DNA from: a virus
Lineage: Duplodnaviria; Caudoviricetes
DNA: 57,467 bases
IMG/VR virus record: IMGVR_UViG_3300033233_000045
Location: 1 to 57,467 of that record
Reading direction: 5' to 3' (one strand)
The notes beneath the pieces are model-generated. The model was not told the origin of the DNA. It did no database searches and was given only the letters and a program-made list of their open reading frames with translations. Shown here in pieces: positions 38,065 to 47,833 of the stretch. Both the position numbers and the translations under genes were made by a program. Numbering within the stretch: position 1 is the stretch's first letter; every line of letters begins with the position of its first letter.

Positions 38065-38747
38065 TGGCTCTCACATTTGACGCGGCCAGTCAGGGGGAAA
38101 CGAGCGCGGGCACGTCCCTGACGGTCTCCCATACGTGCGGCGCGACCGCCACCATCCTCATACTGGGTGTCGCAACCTATTCCACTCCCGCCACGGTAAC
38201 GGCCACCTATAACGGCGTAGCCATGACGGAGGTCCCGGTCAGCAATCAACTCTATGGGGTGGGGAGCACGAACCGGCTCACCTGTCTCTATCTGGTCAAT
38301 CCGGCGTCGGGGGCGCACAACATCGTCATCACGGCGTCCGTTTCCAATGAGATCGTCATGGGCGCCGTGTCTTATCTCGGCGGGGATACGACAACGCCGC
38401 AGGACGGATCGGCCAAAACGTCCGCCACCGGTCCTCCGATCACGCAAAATATCGTCAGCGAGACGAACGATCTGGTCGTGGACGTCACGAGCACCTATCA
38501 GCCGGGAGTGCTCACGGCGGGCGCCGGACAAACCGAACGCGTCAACAACAACAACGGCGGCACGAACGAGAGTTTGGGCATGAGCGAGGAAGCCGGGGCG
38601 GCGAGCGTCACCATGTCATGGAGCGCGTCCACCGGCATTACGGCCATTGGACAAATCGGGCTCAACCTGAACATTGCCGCGTTGGCCGGAGGTCCGTTCC
38701 CGCCGTGGCGACCCGATCCGCAACGAGCGACGCTGCGGACGATGTAG
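38064..38747 (+). CDS. Minor virion protein (Thr/Ser-rich beta domain)
   Basis: SLTVSHT..ATYNGVAMT..YLVNPASGAHNI. Confidence 0.6.
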   Translation: MALTFDAASQGETSAGTSLTVSHTCGATATILILGVATYSTPATVTATYNGVAMTEVPVSNQLYGVGSTNRLTCLYLVNPASGAHNIVITASVSNEIVMGAVSYLGGDTTTPQDGSAKTSATGPPITQNIVSETNDLVVDVTSTYQPGVLTAGAGQTERVNNNNGGTNESLGMSEEAGAASVTMSWSASTGITAIGQIGLNLNIAALAGGPFPPWRPDPQRATLRTM

Positions 38748-38754
38748 GAGAGCA

Positions 38755-39078
38755 ATGCCCGAGTGGTGGGACCGTTACGTGGATGACGCCGGGACGGTCA
38801 TGTTCGCGGCGCGGCAGACGGGGAGGTTCCGCATCCGGAGCGCGGATGGGGTCGTCGATGGCCTGCCGGGCGACTATCTGGCGCGACCCGTGGGCGGCGG
38901 ACGGCGCATGATCCCCGCCGAGATGTTCGAGGCGCGCTATCATCTCCTCCGCGACCCGGAGGAGGAAGAGGCGCGGGAGCGAAGGTTGATCGCGGAAGCG
39001 GAAGCGGAGATGGAAGCGGCGCGGGCAAAAGTGGCGGCGGCCCGATCTCGCCTCGAGGGACTGTCCGGTGGCGGCTAA
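38755..39078 (+). CDS. PGDYG-like protein 1
   Basis: GLPGDYLAR..IPAEMFEARY; AGGAG RBS. Confidence 0.55.
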   Translation: MPEWWDRYVDDAGTVMFAARQTGRFRIRSADGVVDGLPGDYLARPVGGGRRMIPAEMFEARYHLLRDPEEEEARERRLIAEAEAEMEAARAKVAAARSRLEGLSGGG

Positions 39079-39391
39079 GGTCTATCGGTTCGAGGAGCGG
39101 CCCGTCGAGTCGCGCGCGTCTCAAACGATCTACGCGCCGTTAATCTCACTCTACGTGCCCCGCTCGGCCCCGGACGACCCCGAACCGTGGCGGGTGGCGG
39201 TGCAACGCTCCACGGGACGACGAGTGGCGGCGCGTCGGTTGAAGGACAACTGCGCCGTGCTGCAAGAGCGGGACCGGTTCGTGAAGGGACGGGAGGGAGA
39301 CGTGTTGGTGCGGCCCTCGGATGGGGAACGAACGATCATCCCCTACCGCCGGTTCAAAGCGGAATACGATTGGTCGGATGACCGGGATTAG
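39068..39391 (+). CDS. PGDYG-like protein 2
   Basis: GREGDVLVR..IIPYRRFKAEY. Confidence 0.5.
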   Translation: MAAKVYRFEERPVESRASQTIYAPLISLYVPRSAPDDPEPWRVAVQRSTGRRVAARRLKDNCAVLQERDRFVKGREGDVLVRPSDGERTIIPYRRFKAEYDWSDDRD

Positions 39392-39400
39392 GAGGCTGAG

Positions 39401-39868
39401 ATGGCGAGTTTCGTCTACAATCAGGGGGCCACGCGCATCCTGAACGGCAATATCGACATGCTGACGGACACCATCAAGTGCATGTTGATCGGGACGCTCG
39501 GCGGCGGCTACACGGAGAACCGCGACCACGATTTCGTGGATTCGATCACGGCCGCCACAACGGATGAACTGACCGTCTCCTCGGGTTACGTGGCCGGTTT
39601 TGGAGGGTCGGGCCGCAAGACATTGGCGTTAAAAACGGTGACCGAGAGCGACGCCAACGACCGCGCGGAGTTCGACGCGGAGAACATCACCTGGACGGCG
39701 CTCGCCACCGGCGACACCATCGACGCGGCGGCGCTAATCAAGGAGGTCGCGAACGACGCGGCCAGCCCGTTGATCGCGCACCTGGACCTGACGGATACGC
39801 CCACCAACGGCGGCGACATCACCCTGGTCGTGGACGCGAGCGGGTTTTTCGTGCTCTCCACGGTCTAG
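39401..39868 (+). CDS. Conserved tail-fibre-module protein
   Basis: DTIKCML, GYVAG, FDAENITW, NGGDITL. Confidence 0.65.
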   Translation: MASFVYNQGATRILNGNIDMLTDTIKCMLIGTLGGGYTENRDHDFVDSITAATTDELTVSSGYVAGFGGSGRKTLALKTVTESDANDRAEFDAENITWTALATGDTIDAAALIKEVANDAASPLIAHLDLTDTPTNGGDITLVVDASGFFVLSTV

Positions 39869-39880
39869 CGAGGAGGCGTC

Positions 39881-40345
39881 ATGGCGCGGTCCTATACGTT
39901 CATCATCTCGGCGCTGACGGGTCTCACGGCCGTTCCGTTCGCGCAACTGGCGACGCCCGCCACGACGGCCATCGAATTGATCCGGTTCGAGTTGGGGCAG
40001 GAGACGAGCGAGACGAGTCAGCAGGAGTGTGTTACGCTCACCCGGCGCAGCACCGCCTCGACACTTCCTACCTCGACAACACCGTTGGCGTTGTCGCAGC
40101 GGGACCCGGCGTCGCTCCTGACGGGCAGCACGACCACGAACGCGCAGGGAATCGCCACGGTGACGGGGACTATCGGCAACCTCCTCAAGCGGTGGACGTT
40201 CAATGTTCTGAACGGCCTGCTCTGGGTGCCCGTCCCGGAGGAGCGGATCACGGTGGAGCCGAGTTCGTTCGTAACGTGGCAGTTCGCGACGGCGCCCGCC
40301 GCGAACACCTGGTCGGGCGAGATCGTGTTCCGCGAACTCTCTTAA
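39881..40345 (+). CDS. Minor virion protein
   Basis: WVPVPEERI; GGAGG RBS. Confidence 0.55.
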   Translation: MARSYTFIISALTGLTAVPFAQLATPATTAIELIRFELGQETSETSQQECVTLTRRSTASTLPTSTTPLALSQRDPASLLTGSTTTNAQGIATVTGTIGNLLKRWTFNVLNGLLWVPVPEERITVEPSSFVTWQFATAPAANTWSGEIVFRELS

Positions 40346-40372
40346 ATCGGGCCGGGGAGGAGACAGGGAGCC

Positions 40373-42025
40373 ATGGCCGGCGGCGTTTATCGCATCGGGC
40401 CGCCGCCCCAGCAGCGGCGACACGGAAACACCCCGCTCTTCGGGTCGACGCAATCGCTGCTTGCCCCCGCGGTAACGGCTCTCTTCGTCATCACCGCGCC
40501 GACACTCACGAGCGGCGCGGTCTCCGTGGCCGCACCCGCGGTGACGGCCCGGTTCGTCGTCACCGCGCCGACGCTTACTTCCGGGGCGGCCGTGGTCGCG
40601 GGGACCGCGACCACGGCGCGGTTTGCCGTCACCGCACCCACGCTCTCCACTGCCGCGTCGCTCGGGGTCCCCGCGACCACGGCGCGCTTCACCGTCACGG
40701 CCCCGACGCTTACTTCCGGGGCGGTCTCCGTGGCCGCGCCCGCCACAACGGCGCGGTTCGTCGTCACGGCCCCATCGCTTACGAGCGGCGCGGTTTCCAT
40801 CGCGATCCCGGCCACGACCGCCCGGTTCGCGGTCACGGCTCCCACGCTCACAAGTGGCGCGGTCTCCGTGGCCGCGCCCGCGACCACGGCGCGGTTTGCC
40901 GTCACGGCCCCGACGCCCACGGCAGGCGCACTTTCCGTGACGGCTCCGGCAATCACGGCTCGGTTCATCGCCACCGCCCCGGCGTGCCTGTGCAACGTGC
41001 AACTCCCGGCCGTGACGGCGCGATTCGTCGTGACCGCGCCCACGCGTTCGACGACGCTCCTGCTCGCCGCGCCCGCGACGACGGCGCGGTTTGCCGTCAC
41101 GGCCCCGACGCTCACGGTCGGGACAGCTTCCGTGGCGGTCCCGGCCACGACGGGGCGGTTCGCCACATTTGAACCCATTCTGCGGCAATCGCTTTCCGCG
41201 CCCGCGGTGACGGCCCGGTTCGTCGTCACGGCCCCGACGCTCACGAGCGGCGCGGTTTCCGTGACGGCTCCGGCCACGACCGCCCGGTTCGCGGCCACGG
41301 CGCCCGCGCGGACGGCGACGGTCTCCCTGACGGCCCCGGCGGCGACTACCGCCCGGTTCGCGGCGACCGCGCCGGCCGTAACCCAGACGACGCCAAACAT
41401 CGCGGCCCCGGCGGTGACCGCCCGGTTCCTGGTGACCGCGCCGACGCTCACGACTACCGTTTCGGTCGCGGTTCCCGCGGCGACGGCGCGGTTCGTCGTC
41501 GGGACGCACACAATTCCCCAGGGGCAACTCTTCTTCGCGCCTCAGGCGATGGCGCGGTTTGTGGTCACGGCGCCCGCGACGACGGCAGGGGCGGCGTCGG
41601 CCACGTTGTCCGCCGCGGCCGCGCGGTTTGTCGTGACGCCGCCCTCCGTGGTGCGGCATCTGTCACTGCCGGCGGTCATCGCCCGGTTCACGGTCACGCC
41701 GCCCACGCCCGCGGCGGCGACATCCGTGGCAGGCGGCGTCACGACGGCGCGGTTCACGGTCACGGCGCCCACGATCGCGGCGGGAGCGATCGGCCGGAAC
41801 TTCCCGGCGGTCACGGCCCGCCTGGTCACGGCAGGGGTAGGCCAATCCGTCATCCGTAATTTCTCGCTCCCGCGGTTGACCGCGCGGATACGCGTGATTG
41901 CGCCGCCGATTCTGTTCGCGGACGCGTTCAATTACAAGGGGACGTTGGATTGCACGGCGCTGGACTATGGTGGGGCATTCGTCGTCGTGGAGAATCTCCT
42001 GGGAGTGTTAATCTCGGATGGTTAG
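40373..42025 (+). CDS. Repetitive fibre-shaft protein
   Basis: About 22 copies of a TARFxVTAP-based repeat. Confidence 0.7.
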   Translation: MAGGVYRIGPPPQQRRHGNTPLFGSTQSLLAPAVTALFVITAPTLTSGAVSVAAPAVTARFVVTAPTLTSGAAVVAGTATTARFAVTAPTLSTAASLGVPATTARFTVTAPTLTSGAVSVAAPATTARFVVTAPSLTSGAVSIAIPATTARFAVTAPTLTSGAVSVAAPATTARFAVTAPTPTAGALSVTAPAITARFIATAPACLCNVQLPAVTARFVVTAPTRSTTLLLAAPATTARFAVTAPTLTVGTASVAVPATTGRFATFEPILRQSLSAPAVTARFVVTAPTLTSGAVSVTAPATTARFAATAPARTATVSLTAPAATTARFAATAPAVTQTTPNIAAPAVTARFLVTAPTLTTTVSVAVPAATARFVVGTHTIPQGQLFFAPQAMARFVVTAPATTAGAASATLSAAAARFVVTPPSVVRHLSLPAVIARFTVTPPTPAAATSVAGGVTTARFTVTAPTIAAGAIGRNFPAVTARLVTAGVGQSVIRNFSLPRLTARIRVIAPPILFADAFNYKGTLDCTALDYGGAFVVVENLLGVLISDG

Positions 42026-42404
42026 CTATAACGATTTCTCGGAAACGATGACGCGGGGCGACACGCACGTCTGCCGATTCAGCGTCCGCCTCGACGGGGT
42101 TGTCCAGGACACCACAAGCTGGCAACAATTCTGGTGGACGGCGAAGCGGTCGCTCTTTCACACCGACGCGCAGGCGATCATGCAACTGACGGAAATCCCG
42201 TCGGCCGGTCTGACCGCGATCAATCATCCGCAGGGGCTACACGAGGTGCGGATCACTCCCACGCACACGGCGGCCCTGGTCGGAATCCGACACGCGGTCG
42301 AACTGTTCGTGGATGTGCAGGGCAAGGATCCCTTGGGCCAAATCTGGACTGTCCTTCGAGGCAGACTGATCGTGCAGCCCTCGGTCACGCGGGCAACGAC
42401 GTAG
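42018..42404 (+). CDS. BppU-N-like Ig adaptor protein
   Basis: RGDT..WTAKR..ITPTHT..DVQ..TVLRGRLIV. Confidence 0.6.
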   Translation: MVSYNDFSETMTRGDTHVCRFSVRLDGVVQDTTSWQQFWWTAKRSLFHTDAQAIMQLTEIPSAGLTAINHPQGLHEVRITPTHTAALVGIRHAVELFVDVQGKDPLGQIWTVLRGRLIVQPSVTRATT

Positions 42405-42413
42405 GAGAGAATC

Positions 42414-44801
42414 ATGCCGAGCACCAGTGTCTTCCGTGGCCGCGATCAGGAGAGCTACGTCACCCGAAACGTGGCGGGGTCCGCCAACGTCACGCTCAGC
42501 ATTGACGACGCGCGCGGGAAGATCATTTCACTGACCGGCCTCCTGACCGGGAACATCAACGTCATCCTCCCCGTGGTGGCGGAAGACGCGGGCCTTGCCT
42601 GGATCGTTCGGAATCAGACGACCGGCGCATTCTCACTCACGGTCAAAACGGTGAGTGGGACCGGCATCGTGATTCCGCAGGGGTGTTCCTGCGGAATCTA
42701 CACCGACGGCGTGAACGTCCTCGATCTCACGGCCGGCGCATCGACCACGCTCATCAACAACACGGCTTCCGGCAACACGGCGCAGATATTCTCGCTCACC
42801 CACACCTACACCAACCCGGATTTCCCCGCTTCCTCCTCCAACCATCCCGACTACTCGGTTTTCGAGTTGATCCATCGCCAGTTCGCCGACACCGCGAACA
42901 TCGCCAACCCGTTCGATCTGATTTGGACGGGCATCCGCACGCACCTGCAATACGGTTCCGCAACGGTGCTCGCGCGCGGCAGCGAGCAGACGGTCACCGC
43001 CAGCGTGGACGTGCAGGGTTCCGCTTCTGGGGACAACGAACTGGCGACGTTCATGGGGTGGCAACGCGCGAAGGCCGCCAGCGGGACGCCCGCCGACGGC
43101 GTGGCGAGCATGTGGTTCTTCGACGGCAGCCTCCACGGGAATCTCGGCGCGCAGTCGGCGCTCCTGAACGGGATCACGATGCTCGTCAATAGTTACATGG
43201 CCGCGCAGCCCATCCGGGGACCCTCCTCGGCGGCGTGGTTCGTGACGCGCCCCGGAGGAGGCGCGGGAGGCGAGGACGGACACAATGTCGCCGACACGCA
43301 GACGCTCGACGCCCTAGTATCCATATTCGGGTTCGCGGGCGACGCGGCGCTGACGACGTTCCGCCGGGGCGCGACGGTCGGTCTCCAGATCGGCGAATGG
43401 GGCAGCGGCTGGAGCGTCGTCGCCGACGACGGCCGGAGCTGGTTCGGGCACGGCCTCTCTGTCCGCGGCGGCGAACTCTCTGGGATCCGCGTCCGCGATC
43501 CGCATCGGAACGCCTCGAACGCACTTGTCGGCTCGGCGATCCTGTTGGACACGGCGGACGCGGCCCTTTCCTGGCAATGGTGGCTCGACGCCGGGAGCGC
43601 CAACGCGCCGTTGACCGGGGCCATCCGCCTCCATGACGCCAACTCCACCACGGCGGGCCGGATCCAATGGGGATCGAGCGTCCACGCCCCCGCGATGTAT
43701 CGGAGCGCCGACGGGACGCTCACCGCGCGCCTGCCCGACGCCAGCACGGGAGCCAAGTTTCACGTCCATCGGACGGCGAACTCCGATCCGGCGTTCGAGG
43801 TGGGCGGCACGGACGCCGTGAACATCTTCCTCTCGACGATGATCCGAAACGACAGCGGGGCGCTCTCTCAATTCGTCGCGGGAACCGCGAACAATTTCTT
43901 CACGGGCAGCGCGGCCGGGGACGTGGGCCTACGCTGGGACGGCGACCAGGTGTTCGCCTGGGTGGGCGGCAGCGCGGTCGCGGGCGGGATCTCGGGAGCG
44001 GGGAAGTGGGGCGTGGGCGCGCTTCCCTCGACGGCCCGTTTCTACGTCCGGGACGACACGAACATCGAACTGGCGACGTTTGAGGGGAGGAACTTCTTCT
44101 CGTCGGTGTTCGTAAGGGTTGGCGATGCCGGCAGCTCGCCGTTGGCCGCGCTCCGAATCTACCCGGCGACACCGGCGGACGCGACGAACACGCTGGTGGA
44201 TACCGGCGGCGTGATCATGCGGGGATCGTTCTGGACGGGATCGGCCAGTTCCAACGTGGAAGCCTCGTGGAACCTGCTCATGATCTCGACGACGCCGACC
44301 TACGTGCTGACGGCGAAGGTCGGCGTCTCGAACCGCATGTGGATTGCCCAGGATGGGAAAACGACGATCGGCGACACCCAACAGACGACGGCGCTCGCGA
44401 ACGTGGCCGTGAACGATACCGCCACCACGACGGTCAGTCTCGTGCAGCAGTGGCATCACCTCTCCTCGGGGACGCCCGCGGCCGGGTTCGGCGGCGAGAC
44501 ACGGATGCAACTGGAGTCCTCGACGACGGACAACCGGGACGCCGCCGGTCTCATCTGGGAATGGGCGACGGCGGCCGACGCCACGCGGAAGGCGCGTGTC
44601 CGCTTTACCGTCTACGACACGGCCGTGCGGGAGGCAATGCGGATCGAGGCGGACGGCGCCGCGCCGATGATCGGTTTCCTCGGCGCGACGGCGATCGCCC
44701 GACCGAGCGTCACCGGATCGCGCGGCGGCAACGCCGCGCTGGCGTCGCTGCTGACGCAACTGGCGGCGCTCGGACTGATCACGGACAACACGACGGCTTA
44801 A
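42414..44801 (+). CDS. Tail fibre/receptor-binding protein with the shared N-terminal module
   Basis: Shared N-terminus; C-terminal GFLGAT..VTGSRGGNAALASLLTQLAALGLITDNT. Confidence 0.75.
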   Translation: MPSTSVFRGRDQESYVTRNVAGSANVTLSIDDARGKIISLTGLLTGNINVILPVVAEDAGLAWIVRNQTTGAFSLTVKTVSGTGIVIPQGCSCGIYTDGVNVLDLTAGASTTLINNTASGNTAQIFSLTHTYTNPDFPASSSNHPDYSVFELIHRQFADTANIANPFDLIWTGIRTHLQYGSATVLARGSEQTVTASVDVQGSASGDNELATFMGWQRAKAASGTPADGVASMWFFDGSLHGNLGAQSALLNGITMLVNSYMAAQPIRGPSSAAWFVTRPGGGAGGEDGHNVADTQTLDALVSIFGFAGDAALTTFRRGATVGLQIGEWGSGWSVVADDGRSWFGHGLSVRGGELSGIRVRDPHRNASNALVGSAILLDTADAALSWQWWLDAGSANAPLTGAIRLHDANSTTAGRIQWGSSVHAPAMYRSADGTLTARLPDASTGAKFHVHRTANSDPAFEVGGTDAVNIFLSTMIRNDSGALSQFVAGTANNFFTGSAAGDVGLRWDGDQVFAWVGGSAVAGGISGAGKWGVGALPSTARFYVRDDTNIELATFEGRNFFSSVFVRVGDAGSSPLAALRIYPATPADATNTLVDTGGVIMRGSFWTGSASSNVEASWNLLMISTTPTYVLTAKVGVSNRMWIAQDGKTTIGDTQQTTALANVAVNDTATTTVSLVQQWHHLSSGTPAAGFGGETRMQLESSTTDNRDAAGLIWEWATAADATRKARVRFTVYDTAVREAMRIEADGAAPMIGFLGATAIARPSVTGSRGGNAALASLLTQLAALGLITDNTTA

Positions 44802-44813
44802 AAAGGAACCCCG

Positions 44814-45017
44814 ATGAAGAATGCGGGACCGCGGGCGCTTCTGGCGGCGCAATTGCTCGCGCATCGCCGGGAACTCCTCACGCGATGGGCGATGCGCCGC
44901 TATCCGCGCAGTCCGATCACGGAGGAGTTGGTCGAGGAGACCGCGATGTGGTTTTCCGTTCAGATGATGATGTCGGGGCAGCGGACGCTCGTGGCGGCGC
45001 ACGATTGTGAGGAGTGA
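44814..45017 (+). CDS. Small hypothetical protein
   Basis: AAGGA RBS; fills the intergenic gap. Confidence 0.4.
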   Translation: MKNAGPRALLAAQLLAHRRELLTRWAMRRYPRSPITEELVEETAMWFSVQMMMSGQRTLVAAHDCEE

Positions 45018-45020
45018 TCC

Positions 45021-47756
45021 ATGTCCAGAACCCTTTTCGTATCTCCTTCCGGCAGCGACACCGCCGCGGGTTCCGAAACGGATCCGTGGCGGTCCATCGG
45101 CGCCGCCTGCGCCCGCGTACAACCGGGCGACACGCTTATTTTGCGCGCGGGGACTTATCCCGAAACGATCAACCCCAAGACGGGCGGGACGGGACCGGAT
45201 CAGCGGATCACATTCCGTGCGGCGGCAGGCGAGACCGTGATTCTCGACGGGGGAACGGGTCGGATGGTCGGCTGGGACGCCGAGGGCGGCGGCGTGTTTC
45301 GGCGTGTGTTCGTGGGACCGCTCACGGGCCTGTTCCAGGACGGGCCTGGGCGGGCGTGCGCACTCTGGAACATGGACTACAACCATTACGAGAGCAACCC
45401 GAACCTCACCCTGCACGACTACGATCCCACCCATGACGCCGTGCTGGATCATGGCGTGACGTGGAGGAAGCACGACCGGTTCAGCCAGTTCCAACTGAAG
45501 GGCGGCGTGCTGCGCGTGCAGACCGCCGACGGCCGAAGCCCGGACGAGCATGACGTGCGCGGGTCGGCAAAACGATACGCCATCGACCTCTCGGGCAAAC
45601 CATGGGTGTCCGTCGAGGGGATCACGTTCCGGTATTGGGAGACGTTCGGCTACGTCCAGAACAGCCCGTTCTTTCGTCTCGTGGACTGCCGGATGGAATA
45701 CGCGGGCGCCACGGGCGTGTGGCTGGTGGCGAGCGACAACTCGGAGATCATCGGCAACCGGATCATCGTCGCGGGCAGCCAGATCGGCCACTATGACGAC
45801 GGCTTCCACATGGCGTCCTGCGCCGGGTGCCGGATCGAGGGAAATGAGATCGCCTGGTGCGGACACGGCGGATTCTTTACGAAGCGCAGTCGGACGGCCA
45901 CGATCAAGGGCAACTACATTCATCATGCCGGCGGCACGGGCCTGAACCTGAACCTGGGCGCGACTGGGATGACCGTCACCGAAAACGTGATCGCCGTCTG
46001 CGGGGAGCGGGCGCAGACTTCCGTCCACAAATTCGGGCATGCCGGGATGCAACTGGTCGGGCCGACGAACACCCTGCGCCGCAATCTGATCTACCGCTGC
46101 GGCCAGGGCGTCGGGATGGGCTGCAATGATTCCGTGATCTGCAACGGAAACACGCTCGACCACAACACGGTCTCGGACTGCGAGGACATCGGCCTGGTGC
46201 TCGAAGGGTATCAGGCGTCGTTCTCCGGTCGGCTGAACGACAACCGGTTCACGGGGAATCTGATCGCGCGGTGCGGCACGCACGGGATCCGGCTCGACCT
46301 CCCCGGCGGAAAACAGAGCGGCTGGTGGGGCAACACGTTCCGCGACACGCTCGTCTCGGAAGCGAACGTCCATCTGTTCGACGATGGCGTCTACCCGCCA
46401 TTGGAGGCGCAGTGGCGGTGGCCGGTCGTGTTCGCGGGGACGTCGGACGCGCGACCGAGTTTCCGAAACAGTTCCCTCGGCGACTATCGACTGGCGGCCG
46501 GATCGCCCGGGTCGGGATTGGGAGCCGAGCTGGCCGCGCCCACCGACGATGGCATTCCACCTCCACCGCCGCCACCCCCACCGCCGCCTCCCCCACCGCC
46601 GCCGGTAGAGACCGATCCGCATGTCACGACAGTCATTCCGGCCGCGGGCATGGTGGGCGCTGAGATTGTCATACGCGGGACGAGGTTTGGCGGCGACTCG
46701 GGTGGGCTGGTGATCGGGAGACTGCGGCAGATTCTGCTTGAGTGGAAACCCGAGCAGGTCCGGGCGAGACTGAAACCCGAAACGCCCGTCGGAGCCACGA
46801 CGGTCTACGTCCGACGGGCCGCCGACGGAAAGCGGTCCAACGATGTGCCGTTCACTGTCACCGAGAACGCGCCGCCTCCCCCCCCGGCAGACGCACCCAT
46901 TCTCATTGACATAACACGCGTTACTGCCGACAGTTTCGATCAGGTGACGCACGGCGGTCCCTGGGTTCCCGGCTTCGCCGTGGACGCGCTGCCGCTCACC
47001 GCCTGGGTCTCCGATCCGGCGCTGCCGATGCCGCACTGGATCGAGATCCCGCTGCCGGGAACATTCCGCGTGGACCAACTGCGACTATCCCCGCATCGGT
47101 ATGACGTCCGAATTTATCAGATCGAGATCGAGAGCGCGCGGGGAACGGGACCATGGCGAAACGTCGGACTGGAAAGCGTCGCCACCATGAACGAGCCCTG
47201 GTCGCAGTTTTACTTCCCCGTCGTGGAGGCGGATCGGGTGCGGGTGCGGTTCCTCGGCAACAACGATCCGCGCCGCCCCCGGACGGCGGGTCTGCGGACG
47301 GTCGAGGTCTGGGGTGTGAAACTCTCCGACGAGACACCGCCGCCGCCGCCACCCCCACCGCCGCCTCCCCCACCGGACGAACTGGCGCAGCTACGTCGGG
47401 AGGTGTTTTATCTCACCAACACCGAACGCGCGAAGGCCGCGATCCCGGCGCTCGCGACGAACGATTTGCTCGACCGCGCTGCTCAAGGACACGCGGAGGA
47501 TATGGCGGCGCACGGCTATTTCAGTCACACGGGGGCGGACGGTTCCTCGCCGGCGGACCGGCTCCAGCGCGTCGGATATTTGGCGACAATTTGGGGCGAG
47601 AACATCGCCCGCGGCTATCCGACGCCCGCCTCGGTCGTCACTGCCTGGATGGAGAGTCCCGGCCACCGGGCGAATATCTTGAACGGGTCGTTCACGGATC
47701 TGGGGGTGGGGATCGCGGCCGGGCACTGGGTGCAGGATTTCGGACGCGCGCGGTGA
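45021..47756 (+). CDS. Beta-helix + IPT/TIG + discoidin-like + CAP multidomain protein
   Basis: FVSPSGSD..PGDT..GTYPE; poly-Pro linkers; IRGTRFG; HWIEI..EVWG; HAEDM..GENIA..SPGHRANIL. Confidence 0.85.
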   Translation: MSRTLFVSPSGSDTAAGSETDPWRSIGAACARVQPGDTLILRAGTYPETINPKTGGTGPDQRITFRAAAGETVILDGGTGRMVGWDAEGGGVFRRVFVGPLTGLFQDGPGRACALWNMDYNHYESNPNLTLHDYDPTHDAVLDHGVTWRKHDRFSQFQLKGGVLRVQTADGRSPDEHDVRGSAKRYAIDLSGKPWVSVEGITFRYWETFGYVQNSPFFRLVDCRMEYAGATGVWLVASDNSEIIGNRIIVAGSQIGHYDDGFHMASCAGCRIEGNEIAWCGHGGFFTKRSRTATIKGNYIHHAGGTGLNLNLGATGMTVTENVIAVCGERAQTSVHKFGHAGMQLVGPTNTLRRNLIYRCGQGVGMGCNDSVICNGNTLDHNTVSDCEDIGLVLEGYQASFSGRLNDNRFTGNLIARCGTHGIRLDLPGGKQSGWWGNTFRDTLVSEANVHLFDDGVYPPLEAQWRWPVVFAGTSDARPSFRNSSLGDYRLAAGSPGSGLGAELAAPTDDGIPPPPPPPPPPPPPPPPVETDPHVTTVIPAAGMVGAEIVIRGTRFGGDSGGLVIGRLRQILLEWKPEQVRARLKPETPVGATTVYVRRAADGKRSNDVPFTVTENAPPPPPADAPILIDITRVTADSFDQVTHGGPWVPGFAVDALPLTAWVSDPALPMPHWIEIPLPGTFRVDQLRLSPHRYDVRIYQIEIESARGTGPWRNVGLESVATMNEPWSQFYFPVVEADRVRVRFLGNNDPRRPRTAGLRTVEVWGVKLSDETPPPPPPPPPPPPPDELAQLRREVFYLTNTERAKAAIPALATNDLLDRAAQGHAEDMAAHGYFSHTGADGSSPADRLQRVGYLATIWGENIARGYPTPASVVTAWMESPGHRANILNGSFTDLGVGIAAGHWVQDFGRAR

Positions 47757-47789
47757 ACTTGTTCCCGACCGACGCCAACTCCTTAACCT

Positions 47790-47820
47790 GGGCGCGGCGT
47801 TCCTGTCGCGTCCCCTTTTT
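47790..47820 (+). terminator. Terminator-like hairpin (copy 1)
   Basis: gggcgcggc/gtcgcgtcc followed by T5. Confidence 0.55.
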
Positions 47821-47833
47821 CGCGGGACGACGA

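Noticed and set aside
43929-47078. Long antisense ORFs (1049 aa here; also 39734-41659 and 33141-34733)
   Set aside because: Typical high-GC antisense shadows of well-supported plus-strand genes, with no motifs
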